Shown piece after piece: positions 52,939 to 62,655 of a stretch of DNA of 64,000 nucleotides. Under the pieces are notes generated by a model. It did no database searches, was not told where the DNA came from, and worked only from the letters and a program-made list of their open reading frames with translations. Both the position numbers and the translations under genes were made by a program. The number at the start of each line of letters is the position of its first letter. The first letter of the stretch is position 1. This DNA is from an uncultured bacterium (GTDB lineage: Bacteria > Actinomycetota > Acidimicrobiia > Spongiisociales > UBA5794). The DNA lies in contig CAWDDT010000007.1 of assembly GCA_963801165.1 (NCBI GenBank), positions 128,001 through 192,000 on the forward strand, in the 5' to 3' direction.

Positions 52939-54288
52939 TCAGCGGATCGTCACGACCCGGTATTCCACCTCACCCGCAAAGTACATCGTCCCGCCTGTGC
53001 CGACGTAGAACGCGGCCCGGGGCGAGTCGGGGTTGAGTTTGGCGGTGATGTCGTTGTAGGCGACTTCGGCGGATTCTGCGCCGGGGGCGAGTTCGACGAC
53101 GACGTATGTGTCGTCGGCTGCCGGGGCCAGCTCGAGCCGTTCGCCGGTTGTCTGGGTGCCTTGCTCGATTGGGTCGAATTCGTCGGCGAAAGCAGCGACG
53201 AACTCTGCAGCCAGATCGGGGCCGGTGATGATGTCCTGGAGCGAACGCTGCACCGACACGTGAATGATGGTGTCCGCTGCCTGGAGGTCGTCCCACATGT
53301 GGCCGGCCGCCGGGTTGGTTTCGTGGATGAAGGAAGCGTCTCCGAAGTAGGGGGCGAGCATCGGGGTCAGCGCCCAGCCGTACGAGTCGTGCATCACCAG
53401 GGTGTGCCCCGGGATCACCGGGTCGGTGGAGGTGAAGTCCACCGCCACGGCCTTCTCGTATTTGTTGCCTGCCGCCGTGAGCAGCCTTCGCTCCACCCGG
53501 GTGTGGTCGCCGGGCAGCACAGCTTCCTGTTCCACCGTCTCCTCGCCCGACGGCAGGCCGAGGAGATCCGTCAGGTCGCCCTCCTGGTCGACGGTGTCGA
53601 TCTGCTGCACTGCATCGGCGTCCCAACCGCCGGGCACCAGCCGATTCACCAGCGCCTCGGCCATCACGCCGGCACCCTCGTTGGTCCAGTGGGTGTCCAG
53701 CCGGAAGTAGATCGGAAGCTCGTCGGCACGGGCCGCCCGCATCTCGTCCCACACCGTCACCAGGTTGTCGGGACCATCAAGCGCGTTCAAGGCAGCGGCG
53801 TTCTCGTTGACGCAGGTGTCGAGCCCGTCGGGAAGGAAGTCGGGGACGATGGACGCCTTGTCCGGGGCGATCGCCACGATTAGGTGCCGGCCGGTGGCCT
53901 CGACCACGCGGCTGGCCCGGTCGAGCACGTCGACGAAGGCGGTGACATCGGCGGGGGTGAGACAGGGCCGAGTCAGCGAGTACGTGTAGTAGAGCCACCC
54001 GTTGGTGCCGATGGTGACCTCGGGGTTGGGGTTGTCGCCGATGGCCACATCGGTCCACGCCTCGGCAGCCACCGCGGTCGGGGCGATGATCAGCGAGTCC
54101 TCGAGGTAGCGATCGAGCTGTGGCGTCAGCTGGCGGTCGAGAATGCCCTGCATGGTGAGGTCGGGCAGCGGGGTCGGCGGCCGGTTCTGGTTTGGCTGGG
54201 GGCGTAGCCCGACGGCGAAGGCGACGAGCGGCACCGAGATCAGTAAGACGAAGACCACCGCCAGCAGACGGGATTCGAGACGGCTCAT
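52939..54288 (-). CDS. AlgX/AlgJ-type SGNH O-acetyltransferase
   Basis: N-terminal anchor, GTNGWLY, APDKASIVP, YFRLDTHWTNEGA, GDL, HDSY; downstream of MBOAT. Confidence 0.85.
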   Translation of the reverse strand: MSRLESRLLAVVFVLLISVPLVAFAVGLRPQPNQNRPPTPLPDLTMQGILDRQLTPQLDRYLEDSLIIAPTAVAAEAWTDVAIGDNPNPEVTIGTNGWLYYTYSLTRPCLTPADVTAFVDVLDRASRVVEATGRHLIVAIAPDKASIVPDFLPDGLDTCVNENAAALNALDGPDNLVTVWDEMRAARADELPIYFRLDTHWTNEGAGVMAEALVNRLVPGGWDADAVQQIDTVDQEGDLTDLLGLPSGEETVEQEAVLPGDHTRVERRLLTAAGNKYEKAVAVDFTSTDPVIPGHTLVMHDSYGWALTPMLAPYFGDASFIHETNPAAGHMWDDLQAADTIIHVSVQRSLQDIITGPDLAAEFVAAFADEFDPIEQGTQTTGERLELAPAADDTYVVVELAPGAESAEVAYNDITAKLNPDSPRAAFYVGTGGTMYFAGEVEYRVVTIR

Positions 54289-54310
54289 GAGGCGGTCCTC
54301 CGTATTGCGG

Positions 54311-55207
54311 AAGCCCTCCCCGGCGAGCCCACCACAGCTTCGCTGAGGTGCGCCCCGCTGAACCCCCCAAAGGGAGGGTGAATTTCCTCTCCCTTTGGGA
54401 GAGGTGCCGAGCGAAGCGAAGGCGGTGAGGGCCTTGTTGTGTCGGCCACTGTGGTCGCCGTTCGTCCTTCCCCCCTCGGACGGCCCTGGGGGCCGTCCGA
54501 TCCCCCCGAAATGGGGGGATTGCTGTTTGGTTCGAGCGCTGCGGCGGCTGCTTGTTCTTCCCCCCTCGGAGGGCCTTGGGGGTCGCCGACGTCGCCCGGT
54601 GGGAGGGTGATTTTCCTCTCCCTTTGGGAGAGGTGCCGAGCGAAGCGAAGGCGGTGAGGGCCTTGTTGTGTTGGCAGCTGTGGTCGCCGTTCGTCCTTCC
54701 CCCCTCGGCCGGCCCTGGGGGCCGTCCGATCCCCCCGAGTTGGGGGGATTGCTGTTTGGCTCGAGCGCTGCGGCGGCTGCTTGTCCTTCCCCCCTCGGAC
54801 GGGCCTTGGGGGTCGCCGACGCGCCCGGTGGGAGGGTGATTTTCCTCTCCCTTTGGGAGAGGTGCCGAGCGAAGCGAAGGCGGTGAGGGCCTTGTTGTGT
54901 TGGCAGCTGTGGTCGCCGTTCGTCCTTCCCCCCTCGGCCGGCCCTGGGGGCCGTCCGATCCCCCCGAGTTGGGGGGATTGCTGTTTGGCTCGAGCGCTGC
55001 GGCGGCTGCTTGTCCTTCCCCCCTCGGTGGGCCTTGGGGGTCGCCGACGCGCCCGGTGGGAGGGTGATTTTCCTCTCCCTTTGGGAGAGGTGCCGAGCGA
55101 AGCGAAGGCGGTGAGGGCCTTGTTGTGTTGGCAGCTGTGGTCGCCGTTCGTCCTTCCCCCCTCGGACGGCCCTGGGGGCCGTCCGATCCCCCCGAGTTGG
55201 GGGAATT
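54311..55207. repeat. 229-bp tandem mosaic of palindromic modules (about 3.7 units)
   Basis: Module A starts at 54383, 54612, 54841, 55070, each followed by module B and (first three) a degenerate B'; extra minus-strand variant at 54311-54382. Confidence 0.95.
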
Positions 55208-55236
55208 GCTGCGTGCTTGGATCGTTGTTTTCATCA

Positions 55237-56655
55237 TCAGAACTGGTAGTAGAGGAAGGGGCTGAAGGAGCCGCTGGCTACGACGATCATCACTATCGGG
55301 AGAGCAATCGCCACCTCGGCCACCCGCAGTGCGACGCCCCGGTTGCCGCGCCAGCCGGTGACCAGGAGACCGCCGACGATGTTGCCGGGGATGAGCACGG
55401 ACGCGGCGCCGACGGCGAGGGCGAGCACCGCCCGGGTGTCGACGGCGGTTGTGATCGCCTCGGGGGTGATGCCGCCGGCGCTGAACATCGCTGCCAGGTA
55501 GCCGAAGGCGTGGCCGGCGCTGGGGCTGCGGAACATCACCCAGCCGACCATCACCGCCAGCAGGGTGATCGCCCGCCGCAGCGGCGCCCAGGTGGCCCCG
55601 TCGCCGACCGGCCGCTGCCCGGTGAGACGCTCGGCCACCAGCCAGGCGCCGTGGTAGATGCCCCACAGCAGGAACGTCCAGTTGGCGCCGTGCCAGATGC
55701 CGACGAGCACGAAAACGATCCACAGGTTCATGAGAGTCCGGCCCGAGCTGCGCCGCGAGCCGCCGAGCGGGATGTAGAGGTAATCCCGGAACCAGTTGGA
55801 GAGCGTGATGTGCCAGCGGCGCCAGAAATCCGTGATGGACACCGCCGAGTAGGGCCGGCGGAAGTTCTCGGGGAAGGTGAAGCCGAACATCGAGCCGAGC
55901 CCGATGGCCATGTCCGAGTATCCGGAGAAGTCGAAGTAGATCTGGATGGTGTAGGCGGCGACACCCAGCCAGGCGGCGGCCGGGCCCAGGCCCGCCGGGT
56001 CGGCCCTGAAGGCGGCATCGGCGATGGGTGCCACCGCATCGGCAATCAGCACCTTCTTGGCGAGCCCGTGCGAGAAGCGGGCGGCACCGAGGGCGAAGTT
56101 CTCGACGCTGACCACCCGGTTGCGGAGCTGGTCGGACACCTCGTGGAAACGCACGATCGGGCCCGCCACCAGCTGCGGAAAGAGCGTCACATACAGAGCG
56201 AAGTCGAGCGGGTTCCGCAGATGCTCGACCCGGCCCCGGGACACATCGATCGTGTACGACATCGACTGGAAGGTGAAGAACGAGATCCCGATCGGCAGCA
56301 CCACGGAGTTCCAAGCGATGTTGCCTAGCCCTAGCGAGTTGAGTTGCTCGACGAAGAAGTTGGCGTACTTGAAGTAGCTGAGTAGCCCGAGGTTGACGAC
56401 CACCGAGCCGATCACCCCGAGCCGCACCAGCGAGCGTCGGCCCTGGTTGAGTCCGGACGACACCACCCACCCCATCACGTAGTCGACCGCAGTCGAGATG
56501 ATCAGCAGGGATACCAGCGCCCCGCCGCCCCATGTGTAGAAGACAAGCGACGACAGCAACAGCCACCCGTTCCGGAATCGCTTGCCCAGCAGGTAGTAGC
56601 CGCCGAGACAGATCGGTAGGAAGAAAAACAGGAATGTGACTGAGGAGAAGACCAT
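55237..56655 (-). CDS. algI: MBOAT family O-acyltransferase (AlgI/PatA type)
   Basis: LPIGISFFTFQ, FPQLVAGPIVR, YFDFSGYSDMAIG, FWRRWHITLSNWFRDYLYIPLGG, GIWHGA, PFLYYQF. Confidence 0.93.
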   Translation of the reverse strand: MVFSSVTFLFFFLPICLGGYYLLGKRFRNGWLLLSSLVFYTWGGGALVSLLIISTAVDYVMGWVVSSGLNQGRRSLVRLGVIGSVVVNLGLLSYFKYANFFVEQLNSLGLGNIAWNSVVLPIGISFFTFQSMSYTIDVSRGRVEHLRNPLDFALYVTLFPQLVAGPIVRFHEVSDQLRNRVVSVENFALGAARFSHGLAKKVLIADAVAPIADAAFRADPAGLGPAAAWLGVAAYTIQIYFDFSGYSDMAIGLGSMFGFTFPENFRRPYSAVSITDFWRRWHITLSNWFRDYLYIPLGGSRRSSGRTLMNLWIVFVLVGIWHGANWTFLLWGIYHGAWLVAERLTGQRPVGDGATWAPLRRAITLLAVMVGWVMFRSPSAGHAFGYLAAMFSAGGITPEAITTAVDTRAVLALAVGAASVLIPGNIVGGLLVTGWRGNRGVALRVAEVAIALPIVMIVVASGSFSPFLYYQF

Positions 56656-56751
56656 CGCTGACCTGGCAGACTACGCAATGACTCGCGGTTTTCTGAGGAA
56701 TACCTTCGGCGGACCAGGGAAGCACCCCGACGGCTATCTACAATCGACGTT

Positions 56752-57306
56752 ATGCCGTTGACCGCAAAAGCACTGGAGATTCCGGACGTAGTGTTGCTCG
56801 AGCCGGAGATTCACGAGGACCGACGTGGCTACGTCTTCGAAGCGTGGAACGAGGGCGGTTTCCGGGACCTCATCGGCGACCACGATCCGTTCGTTCAAGA
56901 CAACGAATCCCGCTCAATGGCCGGGGTGATCCGGGGTCTGCATTACCAACTGCCCAACCCGCAAGGAAAGCTGGTGCGGGTCGTAACCGGCGGGGCGTTT
57001 GTGGTCGCCGTCGACATTCGCAGCAGCTCGGAGACGTTCGGGAACTGGGTCTCCGAGGTCCTCACCGCCGCCAACCACCGTCTGCTTTGGATCCCGCCCG
57101 GGTTCGCCCACGGATTCATGGCCATCGCCGACCCCACCGACATGATCTACAAGGTCACCGCGTTCTACGCACCCGGCTCCGACCGGGTGATCCGGTGGGA
57201 CGACCCGGACATCGGCATCGAATGGCCGGCCACAGCCTCGGCGCCGATCATGTCGGACAAAGACCGCGACGCGATGGGGTTCCGTGATGCCGAGGTCTTC
57301 GACTGA
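56752..57306 (+). CDS. rfbC: dTDP-4-dehydrorhamnose 3,5-epimerase
   Basis: DRRGY, FVQDNESRS, RGLHYQ, QGKLV, IPPGFAHGF. Confidence 0.96.
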   Translation: MPLTAKALEIPDVVLLEPEIHEDRRGYVFEAWNEGGFRDLIGDHDPFVQDNESRSMAGVIRGLHYQLPNPQGKLVRVVTGGAFVVAVDIRSSSETFGNWVSEVLTAANHRLLWIPPGFAHGFMAIADPTDMIYKVTAFYAPGSDRVIRWDDPDIGIEWPATASAPIMSDKDRDAMGFRDAEVFD

Positions 57307-58262
57307 TGCCGCGATACCTGGTGACCGGCGGGGCGGGGTTCATCGGGTCGACGTTCATACGACACCTGCTCGGTACCGACCGGGACGCGACGGTGATCAA
57401 CCTCGATCTGCTCACCTATGCCGGGTTGCAGGCAAACGTTGCAGACCTGGACCAGGACGACCGGCACGAGTTCGTCCACGGTGATATTGCCGACGCCGCG
57501 CTTGTCGACGCATTGATGGACGGTATCGACATTGTCGTCAACTTCGCTGCCGAGAGCCACGTCGACCGCTCGATCGCCGGCCCTGCCGTGTTCCTGCGTA
57601 GCAACATCCTGGGTACAGGCGTCCTTTTGGACGCGGCTCGCCGCCGTCACGTTCCGACGTTCGTCCAGGTCTCCTCCGACGAGGTTTATGGCCCGGTCCC
57701 CACCGGGGCAGCCGACGAGGAGGCGCCGTTGCGGCCGTCGTCCCCGTATGCGGCATCGAAGGCTGCTGCAGACATGGTGGTCGCCTCCTACCGGCACACG
57801 TACGGGTACGAGGCGATCGTTACCCGCAGCACCAACAACTACGGGCCTTATCAGCACCCCGAGAAGCTGATACCGCTTGCGATCACACGGCTGCTCGAGG
57901 GGGGAGTGGTTCCCGTATACGGCGATGGGAAGCACGAACGCGAGTGGCTGTGGGTCGACGACCACGTCGCCGCCATCCGGCTGCTGATAGACGAGGGCAC
58001 GCCGGGTGAGACCTACAACATCGGATCCGGCGAGCAGTGCGAGAACCTCGATGTCGTCGAGCGGCTCATCGGACTGGTGGGCAGCGGGTCGATGGAGCAT
58101 GTCACCGACCGCCCCGGTCACGATCGACGCTACGGGCTCGACTCGGCGAAGCTGCATGCGCTCGGATGGAAGCCCACCGTCGACCTCGACGAGGGTCTGG
58201 CCCGTACCGTCGCCTGGTACCGCGAACATCGGGATTGGTGGGAACCGCTTGTGACTCGATGA
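57306..58262 (+). CDS. rfbB: dTDP-glucose 4,6-dehydratase
   Basis: TGGAGFIGS, AAESHVDRSI, SSPYAASK, DRPGHDRRY. Confidence 0.96.
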   Translation: MPRYLVTGGAGFIGSTFIRHLLGTDRDATVINLDLLTYAGLQANVADLDQDDRHEFVHGDIADAALVDALMDGIDIVVNFAAESHVDRSIAGPAVFLRSNILGTGVLLDAARRRHVPTFVQVSSDEVYGPVPTGAADEEAPLRPSSPYAASKAAADMVVASYRHTYGYEAIVTRSTNNYGPYQHPEKLIPLAITRLLEGGVVPVYGDGKHEREWLWVDDHVAAIRLLIDEGTPGETYNIGSGEQCENLDVVERLIGLVGSGSMEHVTDRPGHDRRYGLDSAKLHALGWKPTVDLDEGLARTVAWYREHRDWWEPLVTR

Positions 58263-59113
58263 CCCTGATATTGGGTGGCTCGGGCCAGGTGGGGACTGCC
58301 TTTCGGAGGCTGCTCCCCGACGCATACGCCCCCAGCCACGCTGATTTCGACCTGGCGGATGTCGCCGGGATAGCGGCCAGGGTCAGGGCCCTCCGGCCGG
58401 ATCGGATAATCAACTGCGCCGCCTACACCGCCGTCGACGCTGCGGAAGACGACGAGGCGACGGCGAACCTCATCAACGGGGACGCCGTTGCGGAGTTGGC
58501 GGCCGTTGCGAACGCGCTCGGCATCCCGTTCGTCACGTTCTCCACCGACTACGTCTTCGACGGGGATACCGACGAGCCGTACACCGAGACCAGCCAGCCC
58601 AATCCGATCAACGCCTACGGGCGTTCCAAGCTCATGGGGGAGAGGGCGGCGTTGCGTTTCCCCGGCAGTCTCCTCGTGCGGACCTCCTGGCTCTTCTCGG
58701 CGACCCACCCCAACTTCGTGGCGACCATCCTGGCGAAGGCGGCCGAAGGCGAGATCCGCGTGGTCGACGACCAATGGGGGAGACCGACCCCGGTCCCGGC
58801 GCTGGCTACGACGACCCTGCGAGCGCTGGAGGACGGCGCCACCGGGCTGCTCCACCTCGCCGGCCCGCCCACCACGACCTGGTTCGAACTCGCCCGGGCC
58901 GCATGCGAAGCGGCCGGCATCGACCCCCGCCGCGTCACCCCGTGCAGCAGCGACGAGTACCGCCGCCCGGCTCGCCGCCCCCGCCATGCGGTCCTCGGGG
59001 CTACAAGCTGCTACGAGATGCCCGACTGGCGTGCGGAGTTGGCGGGCATCGTCGCCGAGCTGCGGAACGACGTGTCAGCAGCCACCAACCACACCGCAGT
59101 GCGAGATATATAA
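58259..59113 (+). CDS. rfbD: dTDP-4-dehydrorhamnose reductase
   Basis: GGSGQVG, NCAAYTAVDAAE, STDYVFDG, YGRSK, VVDDQWGRPT. Confidence 0.95.
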   Translation: MTLILGGSGQVGTAFRRLLPDAYAPSHADFDLADVAGIAARVRALRPDRIINCAAYTAVDAAEDDEATANLINGDAVAELAAVANALGIPFVTFSTDYVFDGDTDEPYTETSQPNPINAYGRSKLMGERAALRFPGSLLVRTSWLFSATHPNFVATILAKAAEGEIRVVDDQWGRPTPVPALATTTLRALEDGATGLLHLAGPPTTTWFELARAACEAAGIDPRRVTPCSSDEYRRPARRPRHAVLGATSCYEMPDWRAELAGIVAELRNDVSAATNHTAVRDI

Positions 59114-59156
59114 CCGCCGTCGACGCATCTCCACCGGCGTCAATCGTCGGTCACAT

Positions 59157-59539
59157 GCCCTCACCTGCCTTCGCTTCGCTCGGCATCCTCTCCCAAAGGG
59201 AGAGGGAATTCATCCTCCGTCTGGGAGGATCGACCGGCCTGTGGGGAGAGGGAATTCGTCCTCCGTCTGGGAGGGTCGACCGGCCTGTGGGGAGAGGGAA
59301 TTCGTCCTCCGTCTGGGAGGGTCGACCGGCCTGTGGGGAGAGGGAATTCGTCCTCGGTCTGGGTGGATCGACCGGCCTGTGGGGAGAAGGAGTTCGTCCT
59401 CGGTCTGGGTGGATCGACTGGCCGGTGGGGAGCAGGAATTCATCCTCCCTCTGGGAGGATCGACCGGCCCGAAGGGCCAGGTCGAGGAGGGCCTTGCGAA
59501 TAGGTCCAGATTCACAGGAGAGTGCAACCCGGATCGCTC
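59157..59539. repeat. Inverted module A plus 46-bp tandem array (x6) of module C
   Basis: Reverse-complement module A 59157-59207; GGGAGAGGGAATTCGTCCTCCGTCTGGGAGGGTCGACCGGCCTGTG at 59198, 59244, 59290, 59336, 59382, 59428; only the last copy is complete. Confidence 0.95.
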
Positions 59540-59765
59540 AGAGAGCTGAAGAAATCGACCTCTTCGCCATCGAAGAGGCCCACATCCCGCGGATTCAGGC
59601 CGACGGGAGGGCGGGGCCAGACCCGAACGTCAGCGCAGCTGGTGCCTGGGCCGGGAAGGGCACAGCCGGCAGCCGACTCGACAGGACCAATTCTGGGCTG
59701 GATTGTGGGGTCGTCCCGGATACAGGCCATCGGCAGCACCTTCCACCGCTATCCTCGCCCCGGCT

Positions 59766-60671
59766 ATGCACTACCAACTGTCGCACTTGAGCGCGCTCGA
59801 AGCCGAGGGCATTCACATAATCAGAGAAGCCGCTGCCGAGGGAGAGCGTCCTGTACTGCTGTTCTCGGGCGGCAAGGACTCAGCCGTGCTCCTCTGGCTG
59901 GCGATGAAGGCATTCCATCCTGCCCGGATCCCATTCCCGGTGATGCACATCGACACCGGCCACAACTTTCCAGAAGTCATCGAATTCCGGGACCGTGCCG
60001 TTTCCGAGATCGGAGCCACGCTGATCGTGGCGTCGGTGCAGGACGCAATCGACGAGGGTCGTGTCCAGGAACAAACCGGTCACCACGCGAGCCGCAACCG
60101 GTTGCAGACCGAGCCGCTGCTGCGGGCGATCTCCGATAACAAGTTCGACGTCGTCTTCGGCGGGGCGCGCCGGGACGAGGAGAAGGCACGCGCCAAGGAG
60201 CGGGTGTTCTCATTCCGTGACGAGTTCGGGCAGTGGGACCCGAAGAACCAGCGCCCCGAGCTGTGGAATCTGTACAACCCCCGCTACCGCCCCGGCGAGC
60301 ACATGCGTGTATTCCCGATCTCCAACTGGACCGAGATGGATATCTGGCAGTACATCGCTCGCGAGGGGATCAAGCTACCTTCGATCTACTTCTCCCACCA
60401 GCGGAAGGTGTTCGAGCGGGACGGGATGTTGATGGCGGTGTCATCGTTCATCGAGCAGTACGACCACGAGGAGGCATTCGAGGCCACGGTGCGGTTCCGC
60501 ACGGTCGGTGACATGTCTTGTACCGGAGCCTTCGAGTCACCGGCAACGACGATAGAGGAGATCATCGCCGAGGTCTCTGCCTCCCGGATTACCGAGCGGG
60601 GGGCCAGCCGAGCCGATGACCGTACCGCCGAGGCGGCCATGGAAGACCGCAAGCGGGAGGGCTACTTCTAA
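59766..60671 (+). CDS. cysD: Sulfate adenylyltransferase subunit 2
   Basis: LFSGGKDS, IDTGHNF, GGARRDEEKARAKER, WDPKNQRPELW, KREGYF. Confidence 0.97.
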   Translation: MHYQLSHLSALEAEGIHIIREAAAEGERPVLLFSGGKDSAVLLWLAMKAFHPARIPFPVMHIDTGHNFPEVIEFRDRAVSEIGATLIVASVQDAIDEGRVQEQTGHHASRNRLQTEPLLRAISDNKFDVVFGGARRDEEKARAKERVFSFRDEFGQWDPKNQRPELWNLYNPRYRPGEHMRVFPISNWTEMDIWQYIAREGIKLPSIYFSHQRKVFERDGMLMAVSSFIEQYDHEEAFEATVRFRTVGDMSCTGAFESPATTIEEIIAEVSASRITERGASRADDRTAEAAMEDRKREGYF

Positions 60672-61933
60672 TGTCGATGGAACTCGTCCGACTCGCCACC
60701 ACCGGATCTGTCGACGACGGCAAGAGCACGCTCATCGGGCGGATGCTCTACGACTCGAAGCAGATCTTTCAGGACCAGCTCGAGGCGATCGAGCAGGTCA
60801 GCCTGCAGCGCGGCACCGACTACGTCGACCTGGCACTGCTCACCGACGGTCTCCGCGCTGAGCGGGAACAGGGCATCACGATCGACGTCGCCTACCGATA
60901 CTTCGCCACCCCGAAGCGCAAGTTTGTGCTCGCCGACACACCGGGGCACATCCAGTACACCCGCAACATGGTTACCGGCGCCTCGACCGCCGACATTGCT
61001 CTGCTGCTGGTCGACGCCCGTGCCGGGATTCTCGAGCAGACCCGCCGCCACGCCTTCATTGCTTCCCTGTTGCGGGTGCCGCACGTGGTGTTGTGCGTCA
61101 ACAAAATGGACCTCGTCGACTACTCAGAGGATCGCTACAACGAGATCGTTACCGAGTTCAGCGATTTCGCCATGAGACTCGACGTCCACGACCTCCGCTT
61201 TGTTCCGGTGTCGGCCCTGGTCGGGGACAACGTCGTCGACGAATCGGACAAGACCCCCTGGTACACGGGCCCGTCGGTCTTGCATCTGCTCGAGGACATC
61301 TACGTGGCCTCCGACCGGAATATGGTCGACGTCAGATTCCCGGTCCAGTACGTCATCCGGCCGCACACGATGGAGCACCAGGACTACCGCGGCTACGCAG
61401 GGCAGGTGATCGGTGGTGTGCTCAAGCCAGGCGACGACGTGATGGTGCTTCCGTCGGGGTTCGAGAGCAAGATCGCCGGGATCGACACGTATGACGGCCC
61501 CGTCGACGAGGCGGTTCCGCCCATGTCGGTGACGATCCGTCTCGAGGACGACATCGACATCTCCCGCGGCGACATGATCTGCCGCCCGCACAACCGCCCC
61601 GAGGTCGGCCAGGACATCGATGCGAGAGTCTGCTGGCTGACCGATCGGGCACAGCTGCGCCCGGGCAACAAGTACGCGATCAAGCACACCACCCGGTGGG
61701 CACGTGCGCTTGTGACCGACCTGCAATACCGGCTCGACATCAACACCCTGCACCGGGACGAGGAAGCCGACCACTTGGACTTGAACGAGATCGGCCGGAT
61801 CAGGATTCGTACCACTCAACCGCTGTTCTATGACGACTACCAGCGCAACCGCGAGACCGGCTCGTTCATTCTGGTGGACGAGAGCACAAACGCCACGGTC
61901 GGCGCAGGGATGATCACCGGCCCGGCGCAATGA
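60671..61933 (+). CDS. cysN: Sulfate adenylyltransferase subunit 1 (GTPase)
   Basis: GSVDDGKSTLIGR, EREQGITIDVAY, DTPGH, NKMD. Confidence 0.97.
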   Translation: MSMELVRLATTGSVDDGKSTLIGRMLYDSKQIFQDQLEAIEQVSLQRGTDYVDLALLTDGLRAEREQGITIDVAYRYFATPKRKFVLADTPGHIQYTRNMVTGASTADIALLLVDARAGILEQTRRHAFIASLLRVPHVVLCVNKMDLVDYSEDRYNEIVTEFSDFAMRLDVHDLRFVPVSALVGDNVVDESDKTPWYTGPSVLHLLEDIYVASDRNMVDVRFPVQYVIRPHTMEHQDYRGYAGQVIGGVLKPGDDVMVLPSGFESKIAGIDTYDGPVDEAVPPMSVTIRLEDDIDISRGDMICRPHNRPEVGQDIDARVCWLTDRAQLRPGNKYAIKHTTRWARALVTDLQYRLDINTLHRDEEADHLDLNEIGRIRIRTTQPLFYDDYQRNRETGSFILVDESTNATVGAGMITGPAQ

Positions 61934-62535
61934 CCGAGCACGTCACCTGGCACCCGGGTGCGGTCACGCGCAAACAGCGGTCGGCCGTTACCGGGGGACC
62001 GGGGATGACGATCTGGCTGACCGGGCTCTCCGGCAGCGGGAAATCCACGGTTGCCGCAAAGGTCGAGGCGCAGCTGATCGCCTCTGGCGTCGCCGCCTAC
62101 ACCCTCGACGGCGACAACGTCCGGCACGGTCTCAACGCCGACCTCGAGTTCAGCGCCGAGGACCGGGCCGAGAACGTGCGACGGGTAGGCGAGGTGGCCC
62201 GGCTGATGGCAGACGCCGGACTCGTGGTCCTGGTCCCGGTTATCAGCCCGTATCGTCGTGATCGGGACGCGGTACACACGGCGCATGAGGACGCCGGTCT
62301 CGCCTTCGCCGAAGTGCACGTGGCGACGTCGCTCGAAGAATGCGAGACCCGAGATCCCAAGGGTCTGTACGCCAGGGCCAGGGCCGGGGAGATCACGGGA
62401 TTCACCGGCATCGACGACCCCTACGAGGAGCCCCTCCACCCCGACGCCCGAATCGGTGAAGGCGAGCCCCTGGAAGAGTCGGTGGCCCAGGTTGTCGCTT
62501 TGATCCAGGCGCTGGCCGACGCAAATTCCGAGTGA
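61930..62535 (+). CDS. cysC: Adenylyl-sulfate kinase
   Basis: WLTGLSGSGKST, LDGDNVRHGL, RDPKGLY, FTGIDDPYE. Confidence 0.97.
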   Translation: MTEHVTWHPGAVTRKQRSAVTGGPGMTIWLTGLSGSGKSTVAAKVEAQLIASGVAAYTLDGDNVRHGLNADLEFSAEDRAENVRRVGEVARLMADAGLVVLVPVISPYRRDRDAVHTAHEDAGLAFAEVHVATSLEECETRDPKGLYARARAGEITGFTGIDDPYEEPLHPDARIGEGEPLEESVAQVVALIQALADANSE

Positions 62536-62540
62536 CCCCC

Positions 62541-62655
62541 TTTCCTCTCCCTATGGGAGAGGTGGCGAGCGAAGCGAAGCCGGTGAGGGCCTTACTTTCT
62601 TTCCTCTCCCTGTGGGAGAGGTGGCGAGCGAAGCAAAGCCCGTGAGGGCCTTGTG
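62541..62655 (+). repeat. Two variant copies of module A
   Basis: TTCCTCTCCCT(A/G)TGGGAGAGGTGGCGAGCGAAGC(G/A)AAGCC(G/C)GTGAGGGCCTT x2. Confidence 0.9.

Noticed and set aside
53777-56725. 982-aa minus-strand ORF and other ORFs across the repeat arrays (23654-24348, 32412-33478, 54395-56328, 58488-59790)
   Set aside because: Out-of-frame or antisense to real genes and reading through stop-poor GC-rich palindromes; Pro/Arg/Ser-rich with no motifs.
59198-59470. CRISPR array (46-bp period)
   Set aside because: Head-to-tail tandem units with no spacers.
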